Of a stretch of 64,000 nucleotides of DNA, positions 30,163-40,187 are shown piece by piece; positions within the stretch are counted from its first letter, which is position 1; every line of letters starts with the position of its first letter. The stretch is taken from positions 642,976-706,975 of the forward strand of contig CAVROD010000001.1 of assembly GCA_963722795.1 (NCBI GenBank). The letters are read 5' to 3'. The notes under the pieces were generated by a model that did no database searches, was not told the DNA's origin, and worked only from the letters and a program-made list of their open reading frames with translations. The stretch comes from an uncultured Actinomycetes bacterium. GTDB taxonomy: Bacteria; Actinomycetota; UBA4738; HRBIN12. A program made the translations under genes and the position numbers.

Positions 30163-30642
30163 TCAGAGGTTGACGAGCATCGTCCAGCTGTCGCCCTGCT
30201 CGCCCACCTTCTCGAAGCCGACGCGCTGGTACATCATGCGGGAGCGGTTGTGCACCGCGACCGAGAGCGAGAGCGTCTGGAAGCCGTCCTCGCGAGCCTG
30301 CACCATCGCCGCGCGAAGCAACGTGCCGCCGATGCCCTTGCGCCGGTGGAGCGGCTGCACCGCCACGGACAGCTCCGGGGTCTTCTCGTCGACGAAGCCG
30401 TAGCCGGGCTCGGCCTCGGTGAACTGCCGGTACCAGACCGCGCCCACGGGGTGACCGTCGAGCTCGGCGATCACGCCGCCGTCGCCGTCGCGACCCCACC
30501 CCTCGTGGTAGCGGCGAAGCACGGGGTCGTCGAGCACCTCGGCGATCGGCTCACGGGGCCAGTCGGGGTTCCACCGCGCCGACTCGTAGAGCATCGTCTT
30601 GAGGAATTCCGCGTCGTCCTGGGTCGCCGGACGGATGTTCAC
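30163..30642 (-). CDS. GNAT-family N-acetyltransferase
   Basis: 159 aa with the acetyl-CoA motif VAVQPLHRRKGIGGTLLRAAM. Confidence 0.8.
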   Translation of the reverse strand: MNIRPATQDDAEFLKTMLYESARWNPDWPREPIAEVLDDPVLRRYHEGWGRDGDGGVIAELDGHPVGAVWYRQFTEAEPGYGFVDEKTPELSVAVQPLHRRKGIGGTLLRAAMVQAREDGFQTLSLSVAVHNRSRMMYQRVGFEKVGEQGDSWTMLVNL

Positions 30643-30689
30643 CTGGTTCGCCTCCCGCTGTGCTCACGGCCGTCGCCGGCAACCGTACC

Positions 30690-33056
30690 TCAGCCGGAAG
30701 AGGGCGCGGTGGCATCATCGTGCGCGGCGCGCGACGTCTCGAGCCGGTAGGCGACGCTCGTGAGCAGCACCCGTTCCTCGAACAGGAACAGGCGCTTGAC
30801 GAACAGCGCGGTCTGCCCGTGCAGCGGCAGCTGCCACCACCTCGCGACCACGTACTCCGGCACCACGACGTTCACGACCGTGTCGCCACGATCGGTGTAG
30901 CGGCGCACCTCTTCGAGCATGGGGGTCGACAGGTCGCGGAACGGCGCCTCGACGATGTCGAGCGGCACGCCTTCCACCACGTCGAACCAGTCGTCGCCGA
31001 CCACGAGCGCCGCCTCGGGGTCGAGATCGAAGTACACCGCGCGCGTCACCGTGGCGTCGAGCGTGCGCGCGTAGTTCACCGCGCGCACCGACACGTCGTT
31101 CACCGACGAGAGGAACACGAGCGTCACGGTGCGCTGCGGGATGAGCGGCTTGCCGCCGGCGGCCGACGGCGTGCCTTCCTCGACCACGACCGGCACGTCG
31201 GTGACCACGACGTTGCGGGTGCGAAGCAGGCTCGCCTTGAGCCGCACGAGGTCACGGCTGTGCACCAGGTAGGAGAACAGCCGTCGTGACCGGAGCACCT
31301 CGGGCACGACCACCGTGACGAAGTCGTCGGCGCCACGATCGATGCCCTCGATCAGCGCACGGATGCCGCCCGTGAGGTCCGACGCCGGGATGGCCTCGAG
31401 GTCGGGGATGCCCGGGCCGACGAAGGTGCGCCACCTCGCCTGCACCTTGGCCGCCACGGCGTCGTCGCGGCTCGGGAAGACGGCCCGGATGTCCTCGGGT
31501 CGGAACGAGCGCAGGTAGCCCACCGCTTCGGCCGTGGCCACGTCGAAGTCGCGCACGAGCAGCACGACGTGGTTGCTGCCCGGCGCGCCCGGTCGCACCC
31601 GGCCGGCATCGAGCTGGCGTTTCACGTTCACGTAGTGATGGTGGATCGAGTAGAAGATCGGCACGAGCAGCGCCATGATCAGGATCGAGAGCCACGCCCC
31701 GCTCGACCACTTGGACGCCGCCACGACGATGAGCACGACGAACGTCGTGACCGCGCCGATCGCGTTGATCACGATCGAACGGCGCCACCCCTTCATCGCG
31801 GCGTCGCCCGTGCGGCCCTCGGCGATCCAGTGCTTCACCATGCCGGACTGCGAGAGCGTGAACGACGTGAACACCCCCACCACGTAGAGCCCGATCACGG
31901 CGTTGAGGTTCGCGTCGAAGATGTAGATCATCAGCGCCGACAGCAACCCGAGCACCAGCACTCCGTTGGAGAAGACGAGGCGGTCGCCGCGGTTCACGAA
32001 CTGGTTCGGCAGGTACCGGTCGCGCGCGAGGATCGACGCGAGCCGCGGGAAGTCCTGATAGGCGGTGTTCGCGGCGAGGATCAGGATCGCCGCGGTGAAC
32101 ACCTGCACGACGTAGAAGCCGATCGAGCCCTCGCCGAAGACGGCGATCGCGATCTGGGCGAGCACCGAGCGTTCCTCGCTCGCGATCACACCCTCGACGT
32201 GCGTGGCGAGCCAGGAGATGCCGAGGAACATCGTGATCGCGATCGCGCCCATGATCGCGAGCGTCGACGCCGCGTTGTGCGCCTGCGGCCGCTTGAACGC
32301 CGGCACGCCGTTCGAGATGGCCTCGACGCCGGTGAGGGCCGTCGCCCCCGACGAGAACGCCTTCAGCAACACGAAGAGCCCGACCGCGCCCGCGGTCGAG
32401 GCCGCGTCGTGGATCGGCTCCACGTCGACGTCCACCGCAGGGCATCCCCCGAGGCACTGGCCGAGGCCGAGCACGAGCAATGCACCGATCGACAGCACGA
32501 AGCCGTACGTCGGGATCGCGAACAGCACGCCCGATTCCTTCGAGCCACGCAGGTTCGCGAGGGTGACGAAGGCGACGAAGAAGACGCACAGCACCACGGC
32601 GTGCTCGTTGGCCACGGGCAGCGCCGACCCGATCGCGAACACGCCGGCCACGATCGAGACGACCACGGTCATCATGTAGTCGAACAGCAGCGCCGCGGCG
32701 GCGACGAGACCGGGGAACTGCCCCAGGTTCTCTCGGCTCACGATGTAGGCGCCGCCACCGCCCGGGTAGGCGCGCACCGTCTGGCGGTACGAGGCGATCA
32801 CGAGCGCCATCAACAACGACACGGCGACGGCGATCGGCACCACGTACTGCTGCGGGGCCGCCGTCGCCACCGTGAGCACCAGCAGGATCTCGCCGGTCGC
32901 GTACGCCACCGACGAGAGCGCGTCGGAAGCGAAGACGGGCAGCGCGAGCACCTTCGGCAGCAACGTGTGCTCGAGGCGCGCGCTCGAGAAGGCGCGGCCG
33001 AGCATGACCCGCTTCAGGACGCCGGAGGACGACCCGGGCGATTCGATCTTGGCCAT
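30690..33056 (-). CDS. APC-superfamily permease with duplicated C-terminal cytoplasmic module (paralog a, intact; Rv2690c-like)
   Basis: ATG 33056 (MAKIESPGSS) lies within the artefactually long ORF 30690..34160. The 12-TM core shows LPVFASDALSSVAYATGE, SYRQTVRAYPGGGGAYIV, AFSSGATALTGVEAISNG and ILILAANTAYQDFPRLASILARD. The tail is about 300 aa and carries two related repeats. Confidence 0.8.
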   Translation of the reverse strand: MAKIESPGSSSGVLKRVMLGRAFSSARLEHTLLPKVLALPVFASDALSSVAYATGEILLVLTVATAAPQQYVVPIAVAVSLLMALVIASYRQTVRAYPGGGGAYIVSRENLGQFPGLVAAAALLFDYMMTVVVSIVAGVFAIGSALPVANEHAVVLCVFFVAFVTLANLRGSKESGVLFAIPTYGFVLSIGALLVLGLGQCLGGCPAVDVDVEPIHDAASTAGAVGLFVLLKAFSSGATALTGVEAISNGVPAFKRPQAHNAASTLAIMGAIAITMFLGISWLATHVEGVIASEERSVLAQIAIAVFGEGSIGFYVVQVFTAAILILAANTAYQDFPRLASILARDRYLPNQFVNRGDRLVFSNGVLVLGLLSALMIYIFDANLNAVIGLYVVGVFTSFTLSQSGMVKHWIAEGRTGDAAMKGWRRSIVINAIGAVTTFVVLIVVAASKWSSGAWLSILIMALLVPIFYSIHHHYVNVKRQLDAGRVRPGAPGSNHVVLLVRDFDVATAEAVGYLRSFRPEDIRAVFPSRDDAVAAKVQARWRTFVGPGIPDLEAIPASDLTGGIRALIEGIDRGADDFVTVVVPEVLRSRRLFSYLVHSRDLVRLKASLLRTRNVVVTDVPVVVEEGTPSAAGGKPLIPQRTVTLVFLSSVNDVSVRAVNYARTLDATVTRAVYFDLDPEAALVVGDDWFDVVEGVPLDIVEAPFRDLSTPMLEEVRRYTDRGDTVVNVVVPEYVVARWWQLPLHGQTALFVKRLFLFEERVLLTSVAYRLETSRAAHDDATAPSSG

Positions 33057-33067
33057 AGGCTTGCAGC

Positions 33068-35429
33068 CTACGCCGTGCCGACACCCTCGGGAGCCGGGTC
33101 GGCGTCGTCGCCCACCTCGGGTGCGGCGAGGTGGAACGGCACGCTCGTCACGACCACGCCGGGCTCGAACAGCAGCACCCGCTTGAAGAACAGCGCGGTC
33201 TGGTTGTGCAAGAGGCTCTCCCACCAATGTCGCGGCACGAGCTCGGGCAGCACGACGGTGACCACGGTGTCGCCTCGATCGGTATGCGCGCGGATCTCTG
33301 CCAGCAGCGGCGGACCGTAGTCGCGGAACGGCGCCTCGACCAGCACGAGCGGCACGTCGAGCTGGCGTTCGTGCCACTCGTCGACGACCGCCTCGACCTC
33401 GTCGGGGTCGGTCACCATGTAGATGGCCGCGATCTCGGTCGGGTGCAGCGACTTCCCGTAGATCACCGCGCGCACCGTGGGGTCGTGCACGGCCGAGACG
33501 GGCACGAGCACCACCGAGCGCTCGGGCTCGACGGGACGGTCGCTCGGCCACGCGGAGCGCGATTCCGACGGCACGAGCGGCACGTCGGTCACGACGACCC
33601 GCGGCTCGAACAGCAAGCGCCGTCTTCAGCAGGAACGCCTCCCGGTGACGCAGGAACTGCCAGATCGAGTTGCGCGGCAGCAGCTCGGGGATCACGACGG
33701 TGAGGAAGCGCTCGCGCTCGTGGCGAGGGAGCGCTCGCACGAAGCGCCGCACCGAACGCACGAGATGGCGGTCGGCGCCCTCGAGCGGCTCGAGGTCGCC
33801 CATGCGGGGGGCGACGACCGACCACTCGGCGGCGACCGCCTCGAACGACCCCGGCGCACCGACGTGCAGGGCTCGGAAGGCGACCGGTCGCACCGCGCGC
33901 AGGTAGGCCACGGCGTCGCGCGTCGCGGGCCCGAGGTCGGGCACGAGCAGCAGCATCGTGCCGGACGCGGCGTCGCGGCCCGTGAGGCGCCGAGCCTTCA
34001 GCGCGGCGGCGACGTGCTCGTAGTGGCGGTGCACCGCCCAGAAGAACAGCACGATGAACGGCATCGCGACGATCACGATCCACGCGCCCTTGGCGAACTT
34101 CGTGATCGTGACCACGACGAGCACGATGCCGGTCGTGGCGGCGCCGACGCCGTTGATCACCGCGCTGCGCTGCCACGAGCCCTCGCTTGGTGCGCATCCA
34201 CCGCCGCACCATGCCGGCCTGCGACAGGGTGAACGCGGTGAACACGCCGACCACGTAGAGCTGGATCAGCCGGGTGAGGTTCGCGTCGAACGCCCAGATC
34301 AAGACGGCCGCGAGGCCCGCCAGCACGACGACGCCGTTGGAGAAGACGAGCCGGTCGCCGCGGTTGCGGAACTGCGACGGCATGAACCGGTCGCGAGCCA
34401 GGATCGACGCGAGCCGCGGGAAGTCCTGGAACGCCGTGTTCGCGGCCAGGATCAGGATGCCGGCGGTGAATACCTGCAGCAGCAGGAACATGAAGCCCCC
34501 ACCGAAGACCGTGTCGCCGATCTGCGCCAGCACCGGCAGCTCGTGCGCGATGTCCTCGGTGATGCGCACGTGCAGCAGCTGCGAGAGCGCCGTGATGCCG
34601 AGGAACATCACGATCGACATCGCGCCCATCACGGCGAGCGTGGTCGCCGCGTTCTTGGCCTGCGGACGCCGGAACGCCTGCACCCCGTCGGCGATCGCCT
34701 CGACGCCGGTGAGCGCCGTCGCGCCCGACGAGAACGCCCGCGCGATGAGGAAGAGGGACAAGGTGTGCTCGACGTCAGCGGCAGGTCGGCCGTCTCGGCG
34801 AGCGGGCACCCGCCGAGGCAGCGCACGAAGCCCGTCACGAGCGTGATCGCGATCATCAGCACGAAGCCGTACGTGGGGATCGCGAAGAGCGAACCGGCTT
34901 CCTTCACGCCTCGCAGGTTCGCGAGCGTGACGAACGCGACCAGCACGATCGCGATGGGCACACGCAGCGGCACCAAGGTCTCCGGGGCGACCGAGGCGAT
35001 CGCCGTCGTGCCCGCCGTGATGCTCACCGCCACCGTCAGGACGTAGTCGGTGAGGATCGCGGCGGCCGCCACCAGGCCGGGCAGCGTGCCGAGGTTCTCG
35101 CGGGCCACGATGTAGGAGCCTCCGCCGGTCGGGTAGGCGCGCACCGTCTGGCGATACGACGTCACGACGATCGCGAGCAGGAGCGCGATCGCGATCGCGA
35201 TCGGCAGGCGCAGCGTCAACGCTCCCGCGCCGGCCGCGACCAGCACGAGCATCATCTCCTCGGTCGCGTACGCGTTCGAGGAGAGCGGGTCCGAGGAGAA
35301 GACGGGCAGCGCCAGGAACTTCGGCAGCAGCTGGTGTTCGGCCTTGTCGGAGGCGATCGCCCGCCCCAGGAACAGGCGCTTCAGCGGCCCGCCGCCGACG
35401 CGGCGAGGCAGGTCGAGCTCAGCCGGCAC
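33068..35429 (-). CDS. APC-superfamily permease, paralog b (3 frameshifts in this assembly)
   Basis: The pieces come from ORF 34629..35642 (N-terminal TMs), ORF 33589..34809 (AFSSGATALTGVEAIADG, ILILAANTAFQDFPRLASILARD), the N-terminal part of ORF 30690..34160, and ORF 33068..33616 (C-terminal repeat). The shifts are near 34780, 34178 and 33618. The proposed GTG start at 35429 is 44 nt downstream of the regulator stop. Confidence 0.75.
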
Positions 35430-35473
35430 CGCGGCATGTTCGCACGTCGCGGCCCCGGCGACGAGCCGGAGCG

Positions 35474-36163
35474 CTACCCGGAGGGCTCGGCCACCCAGCG
35501 GTAGCCGACGCCCGGCTCCGTGACGATGAGGGCCGGCGCCTGCGCGTCGTCGCCGAGCTTCTTGCGCAAGGCCCGCACGTACGTGCGCAGGTAGGTCGTC
35601 TCGGTGCCGTAGCCCTGACCCCACACCTTCCGCAGCAGCCACTGGTGGGTGAGCAGCTTGCCCGGGTTCGTGACGAGAGCCTCGAGCAACCCGTACTCGG
35701 TGGGGGTCAGCCGGATCTGCTCGCCTCCGAGCGTCACGAGACGCTTCGGCAGGTCGACCTCGAGCGTGGCGAACCGCAGCACGGGGGAGGCGGGTTCGTC
35801 GGTCTGCTTGCGTCGCATCGCCGCCCGTGCCCGCGCGAGCAGCTCCTCCATGCCGAACGGCTTCGTGACGTAGTCGTCGGCGCCTGCATCGAGCGCCGCG
35901 ACCTTGTCGGACTGCGATTCGCGCACCGACAGCACGATCACCGGCACCTCGCTGAACGCCCGCACGCGCTTGATCACCTCGGTGCCGTCGAGGTCGGGCA
36001 GGCCGAGGTCGAGCAGCACGAGATCGGGCGCCTGCTCGGCGGCACCGACCACGCCTTCTTCACCGGTGCCGACCGTGACGACCTCGTAGCCATGGGCCTC
36101 GAGGCTCGTGCGCAGCGCCCGCCGGATCTGCGGCTCGTCGTCGACCACGAGCACCCGGGTCAT
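35474..36163 (-). CDS. OmpR-family response regulator, KdpE-like
   Basis: REC motifs VLVVDDEPQIRR, DLVLLDLGLPDLDG and DDYVTKPF. Winged helix: LTPTEYGLLEALVTNPGKLLTHQWLLRKVWG. Its start overlaps the kinase stop (ATGA at 36160-36163). Confidence 0.85.
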   Translation of the reverse strand: MTRVLVVDDEPQIRRALRTSLEAHGYEVVTVGTGEEGVVGAAEQAPDLVLLDLGLPDLDGTEVIKRVRAFSEVPVIVLSVRESQSDKVAALDAGADDYVTKPFGMEELLARARAAMRRKQTDEPASPVLRFATLEVDLPKRLVTLGGEQIRLTPTEYGLLEALVTNPGKLLTHQWLLRKVWGQGYGTETTYLRTYVRALRKKLGDDAQAPALIVTEPGVGYRWVAEPSG

Positions 36164-37713
36164 GCGCGCGCCTCGCGATCGGCGGCCGGGACGATCGGCG
36201 GATCGGAGCGCGGCGGCGCTGCATCGAACGCGTCGCGCTCGAGCGAGGCCGGGACGCTCGGACCATCGATCGGGATCTCGAACGCGAACGTGGCGCCGCC
36301 CCCGGGTGTGTCCTCGGTCCAGATGCGTCCGCCGTGCGCGGTCACGATGGCGTTCGCGATCGCGAGCCCGAGGCCCGTGCCCGGGGAATCGGGGATCGAG
36401 GTGCCCCGGTAGAACGCTTCGAAGACCCGCTCGCGGTCATCGGCCGGCACGCCCGGGCCGTGGTCGCGCACCCGCACCGCGACGCGGTCACCGGCCGGCT
36501 CGATCGAGACCCGAACCTCGCCGCCGAGCGGCGAATGACGTGCGGCGTTCTCGAGCAGGTTCGTCATCACCTGGTCGAGCTGCATCTCGTCGACCGCGAC
36601 CGACGGCACGTCGTCGGCGATGTCGAGGGTGACGCGCACGTCGACGAGCCGTGGCGCGAGCCGGGCGACCACCACCTCGGCGATCTCGTCGAGGCCGGCC
36701 TCGTGCCGCGTGGGCGTGAGGGCCCCCGCTCTGATGCGCGCGAGGTCGAGGATGTTGCCGACCAGCCGGTTGAGACGGTCGGTCTCCTCGAGGATCGTCG
36801 TGAGCAGCTCGCGTTCCTGCGCCGGGTCGTGCACCGCGGCTGTGTCGAGCAAGCTCGTCACGCCCGCCTTGATCGAGGCGAGCGGCGTGCGGAAGTCATG
36901 GGTCACCGAACTGAACATCGCCGCGCGCAGCTGGTTCGTCTCGGCGTCGAGCTGGGCGAGCCGCGCGCGGGCGTCGAGCCGCGCGCGGTCGAGCGCGGCG
37001 GCGGCCTGCTTCGACGCCGCCTCGAGCAACAGGTGCTCATGGGGTCCGAGCGGCCGCCGCCCCGACGGCCGCTCGACCCGCAGGGTGCCGAACGACACCG
37101 GCCCCACCACGAGCGGCACGACGGTGTCGGGCCCGCCCGGCGTGAGCCCGGGCTGCACCGCCCGTGCGTGCAGCTGGGTGCCGTCGAGCTCGACGCGCAC
37201 CTCCGCTTCGACGAGGCCGAACGGTTCGAGCAGCACGCGGACGAAGTCGTCGAGCACGCGATCGGGCACCTCACCCGAGACGAACCGCGACGAGAGATGC
37301 CCGAGCAACCTCGCCTCGCGCTCACGCCGCGAGGCGCGCGCCCGTTCCTCCGCGGCGCCCCCGACGAGGATGCCCACCACGAGCGCCACGGCGAGGAAGA
37401 CGAGGGCGGTGAGGACCTCCTCGGTGCCGTCGAATCCGAGCTCGAACCGCGGGGATCCGTAGAGCAGCGGGAGGCCGATCGAGGACAGGGTCGCGGCGAG
37501 CAGGCCCGCCCACAGACCTCCCGCCACCGCGGCGATCACGATCGCGAGCAGGAACAGCGCGATGGCGGCCGCCGGCCCGTTGCGTGCGAGCGGGATCGAC
37601 GCCACGCCGGCGACCGCGGGCGCGACCACGGCGATGACGGCCCCGCGACCACTCAGCCCGCGGACGCGTCGGCGCTCCGGCTCGCCCACTCCCAGTTCCA
37701 TGGCAGGTCCCAT
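36160..37713 (-). CDS. sensor histidine kinase resembling the C-terminal half of KdpD (DUF4118 TM module + GAF-like + HisKA + HATPase_c)
   Basis: DUF4118-like helices IALFLLAIVIAAVAGGLWAGLLAATLSS. H-box FSSVTHDFRTPLASIKAG. ATP-binding boxes NLLENAARHSP, DHGPGVP and GTGLGLAIANAIVTAHGG. No N-terminal KdpD/Usp cytoplasmic half is present. The start is uncertain (37713 or 37701). Confidence 0.8.
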   Translation of the reverse strand: MGPAMELGVGEPERRRVRGLSGRGAVIAVVAPAVAGVASIPLARNGPAAAIALFLLAIVIAAVAGGLWAGLLAATLSSIGLPLLYGSPRFELGFDGTEEVLTALVFLAVALVVGILVGGAAEERARASRREREARLLGHLSSRFVSGEVPDRVLDDFVRVLLEPFGLVEAEVRVELDGTQLHARAVQPGLTPGGPDTVVPLVVGPVSFGTLRVERPSGRRPLGPHEHLLLEAASKQAAAALDRARLDARARLAQLDAETNQLRAAMFSSVTHDFRTPLASIKAGVTSLLDTAAVHDPAQERELLTTILEETDRLNRLVGNILDLARIRAGALTPTRHEAGLDEIAEVVVARLAPRLVDVRVTLDIADDVPSVAVDEMQLDQVMTNLLENAARHSPLGGEVRVSIEPAGDRVAVRVRDHGPGVPADDRERVFEAFYRGTSIPDSPGTGLGLAIANAIVTAHGGRIWTEDTPGGGATFAFEIPIDGPSVPASLERDAFDAAPPRSDPPIVPAADREARA

Positions 37714-37841
37714 CGTGCCATGCGTATCGGCACGGATCGGTCTTCACGTGATCTTCACGCCCCGGGGCGGTTCCTTCACGCAGCGCTCACAGGGCTCCGA
37801 CGACACTCTCATCAGGAGTTGAACCCATCCTCCGAACCAAG

Positions 37842-37902
37842 CCCGGAGGCCGGACGGAGCCCTCCAGCTCGCCCGACCTCCGGGCCCCGTCCTTTTCCGG
37901 GG
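37842..37902 (-). promoter_or_regulatory. two consecutive GC-rich hairpins in the divergent kdpD-like/trkA intergenic region
   Basis: Arm 37842-37853 pairs with arm 37873-37884 (12 bp). The single non-Watson-Crick position is G.U on the minus-strand transcript but C.A on the plus strand. It is immediately followed by CCCCG (37885-89) / CGGGG (37898-902). Confidence 0.35.
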
Positions 37903-37958
37903 TCGTTCCGTCCCCCGACGACTGTCGCGGCGGCGACCGTGGACTAGGATGCCCCGCG

Positions 37959-38621
37959 ATGCGAGTGATCATCATGGGTTGTGGCCGCGTCGGCTCCGAG
38001 CTCTCGCACGAGTTGCTCGACGCCGGACACGAGGTGGTCGTGATCGACAAGAACGCCGAGGCGTTCTTCCGCTACCCCCCGGGCGACGGCGCGCAGACCG
38101 TCGTGGGCCTCGGGTTCGATCGCGACGTGCTCGAGGAAGCCGGCATCGAGCAGGCCGATGCCTTCGTGGCGGTCTCGAGCGGCGACAACTCCAACATCGT
38201 CTCGGCCCGGGTGGCGCTCGAGAACTACCACGTGCCCAAGGTCGTGGCGCGCATCTACGACCCGCGGCGAGCCGACATCTACGAGCGACTCAACATCCCG
38301 ACGGTCGCGACCACGACCTGGGGCGTGAAGCAGATCCAACTGATGCTGCTCCACGACCGTCAGGAGATCCGGGAGGCGCTCGGCGGCGGCGACCTGCTGC
38401 GCATGCGCATCCCGGTCAATGCCCACATGGTGGGCAAGGCCGCGACGTCGTTCAACGTCGATGGCAAGATCCTGGTCGCCGGCGTCTCGCGCGGCGGCGG
38501 CGGGTTCCTCCCGACCGCCGCAAGCACCCTGCAGGAGGGCGACTACCTCGTGGTGATGCTCACGAAGGACGGCATGGACACGCTCGACGAGGTCTTCGAA
38601 CCGGTCACGGAGCACCACTGA
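37959..38621 (+). CDS. trkA: TrkA/RCK K+ transport regulatory protein (CeoB-like)
   Basis: The Rossmann motif is MRVIIMGCGRVGSELSHELLDAGHEVVVID. A TrkA-C domain follows (LLRMRIPVNAHMVGKA ... EGDYLVVML). Confidence 0.85.
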   Translation: MRVIIMGCGRVGSELSHELLDAGHEVVVIDKNAEAFFRYPPGDGAQTVVGLGFDRDVLEEAGIEQADAFVAVSSGDNSNIVSARVALENYHVPKVVARIYDPRRADIYERLNIPTVATTTWGVKQIQLMLLHDRQEIREALGGGDLLRMRIPVNAHMVGKAATSFNVDGKILVAGVSRGGGGFLPTAASTLQEGDYLVVMLTKDGMDTLDEVFEPVTEHH

Positions 38622-39342
38622 TGAGGGTCATCGTGACGGGCGGCGGCGCGGTCGGACGGCATCTCGCCGTCGACCTCTTCGAACGCGGGCACGAGGTCAC
38701 GCTGATCGAGCAGAAGCGCAGCCTCGTCGAGAAGCTGCAGGTCTGGGCCCCCGGCGTGCGGGTGATGCTCGGCGATGCGTGCGAGCCGTGGGTGCTCGAA
38801 GGGGCCGACACCTCGAGCGCCGACGTGCTCGTCGCGGCGACCGGCGACGACGAGGACAACCTCGTCACGTCGCTGCTCGCGAAGCAGGAGTTCGCCGTGC
38901 CCCGTGTGCTTGCTCGCGTGAACCACCCGAAGAACGAATGGCTGTTCACCGATCAGTGGGGCGTCGACGCCGAGGTCTCTCCGCCGCACATCCTGACCGC
39001 CATGGTCGAGGAAGCCGTGACGGTCGGCGACCTCGTCCGGCTGATCCGGCTCGAGCAGCGGCCAGGTCTCGATCGTGGAGATGACGCTTGCCCGACGGGT
39101 CGCCGTCGGTGGGCCGTGCGGTCTACGAGCTGCGCCTGCCCGGCGACGCCGTGATCGTGGCGATCCTGCGCGAGGGACACGTCGTGATCCCCCAGCCCGA
39201 GACCGTGTTCGCCGCCGGCGACGAGGTGCTCGCCCTCGCGAGCGGCGCCGTCGAGCGCGAGCTGCGCGACGCCGTCGTGGGAGCCGACATGCCCGGCGGC
39301 GTGCCGACCGACACCATCGACGGTGCGGGCGGGGTGCGCTGA
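38621..39342 (+). CDS. trkA: second TrkA/RCK protein (CeoC-like; 2 frameshifts in this assembly)
   Basis: The ATG overlaps the upstream stop (TGATG). The TrkA-N domain is MRVIVTGGGAVGRHLAVDLFERGHEVTLIE. The TrkA-C piece (VEMTLA, SVGRAVYELRLPGDAVIVAILREGHVVIPQPETVFAAGDEVLAL) lies in other frames, with shifts near 39058 and 39090. Confidence 0.75.
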
Positions 39343-39343
39343 G

Positions 39344-40187
39344 TCAGACGCCGGTCACCGGCGGCGCCATCGCGGCCCGCAACGCCCGGTCGCGTTCGAG
39401 CAGCAGCGCGAGCTGGTTGCCGAACGACTCGAGGATGCGTCGCTCCGAGGGACTGAGCGGCTCGCGCACCCCCCGCATCACGAGCAATCCCAGGTTGCGC
39501 CGGCCCACGTTGAGCGGCAGCCGCTCGACGCCGTCACCGCCGGTGTGCGGCACGCTGCCCGTGTCGCCGCCCGCGGTCGCCTGCTCGACGAGCCCGCGGT
39601 CCGGGCCTTCCTGCACGTAGAGGGCACCGTCGATGAATCCGAACGTCGCGACGACCACTCGCAGCACGCCTTCGTACGGATGCTCCACCGCCTGCGGCTC
39701 GATCAACAACCGCGTGAGGTCTTGCTGGCGTCGCAGCTCCTCCGCCCGGGCTTCGGCCGCTCGCGCGCGCGCCTCGGCGCGCCCGACCAGCACAGAGATC
39801 AGCACGCTCAACCCGAGGAAGACGAACAGCACGATCACGTCGTGCGCTTTGCCGACCGCGAACGTCTTGTACGGGGGAAGGAAGAAGAAGTTGAACGCGA
39901 CGAACGCGAGCACCGAGGCCGCGATGCCAGGTCCGAGCCCACCGAGCCCCACGCAGGCGAGCACGAGGAGCAGAGAATCCGAACCCCGTGGCGACGGGGT
40001 CGACCCGATCGCGGATCGGCGAGGCCGCGAGCACGATCGTCCCGGTCGCCACGACCGCCAGCGCGTAGGCGGCGGCGAGCCGCGGCGACAGATCGACGGC
40101 GCTGCGAAACGAGCCCGAGGGCGCCGCGTCCGTCCCGTGTCGGTCGGGACGTGCCGGAAGGTGTCTGCGTTCGCCGGCCGTCGTCAT
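39344..40187 (-). CDS. kinase-less DUF4118 + GAF-like membrane sensor (1 frameshift in this assembly)
   Basis: ORF 39344..39964 carries the DUF4118 signature ASVLAFVAFNFFFLPPYKTFAV, a coiled linker and a GAF-like end, and stops with no H-box or ATPase. The N-terminal TM part (MTTAGERRH ... LAAAYALAVVATGTIVLAA) is in ORF 39534..40319, with a shift near 39972. Confidence 0.65.

Noticed and set aside
30690-34160. A single 1156-aa ORF that looks like a giant permease.
   Set aside because: It is the intact permease a (from ATG 33056) read through upstream into a middle fragment of the frameshifted permease b, across the 11-nt gap. The stretch linking them (..AVRAAGRRDRRAARAVGIALRV..RRRPGSRGCRHGVGCKP) is out-of-frame noise.
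37714-37958. c-di-AMP (ydaO-yuaA) riboswitch upstream of trkA or the KdpD-like operon.
   Set aside because: A few short strings resemble parts of the consensus (CCGAACC, ACGGAGCC, CCCGACCUCCGG). Their order and spacing do not fit the pseudo-symmetric ydaO architecture, and the GGGGACCCA/GGGGUGAAUC-type cores are absent. It is kept only as an unclassified structured leader.
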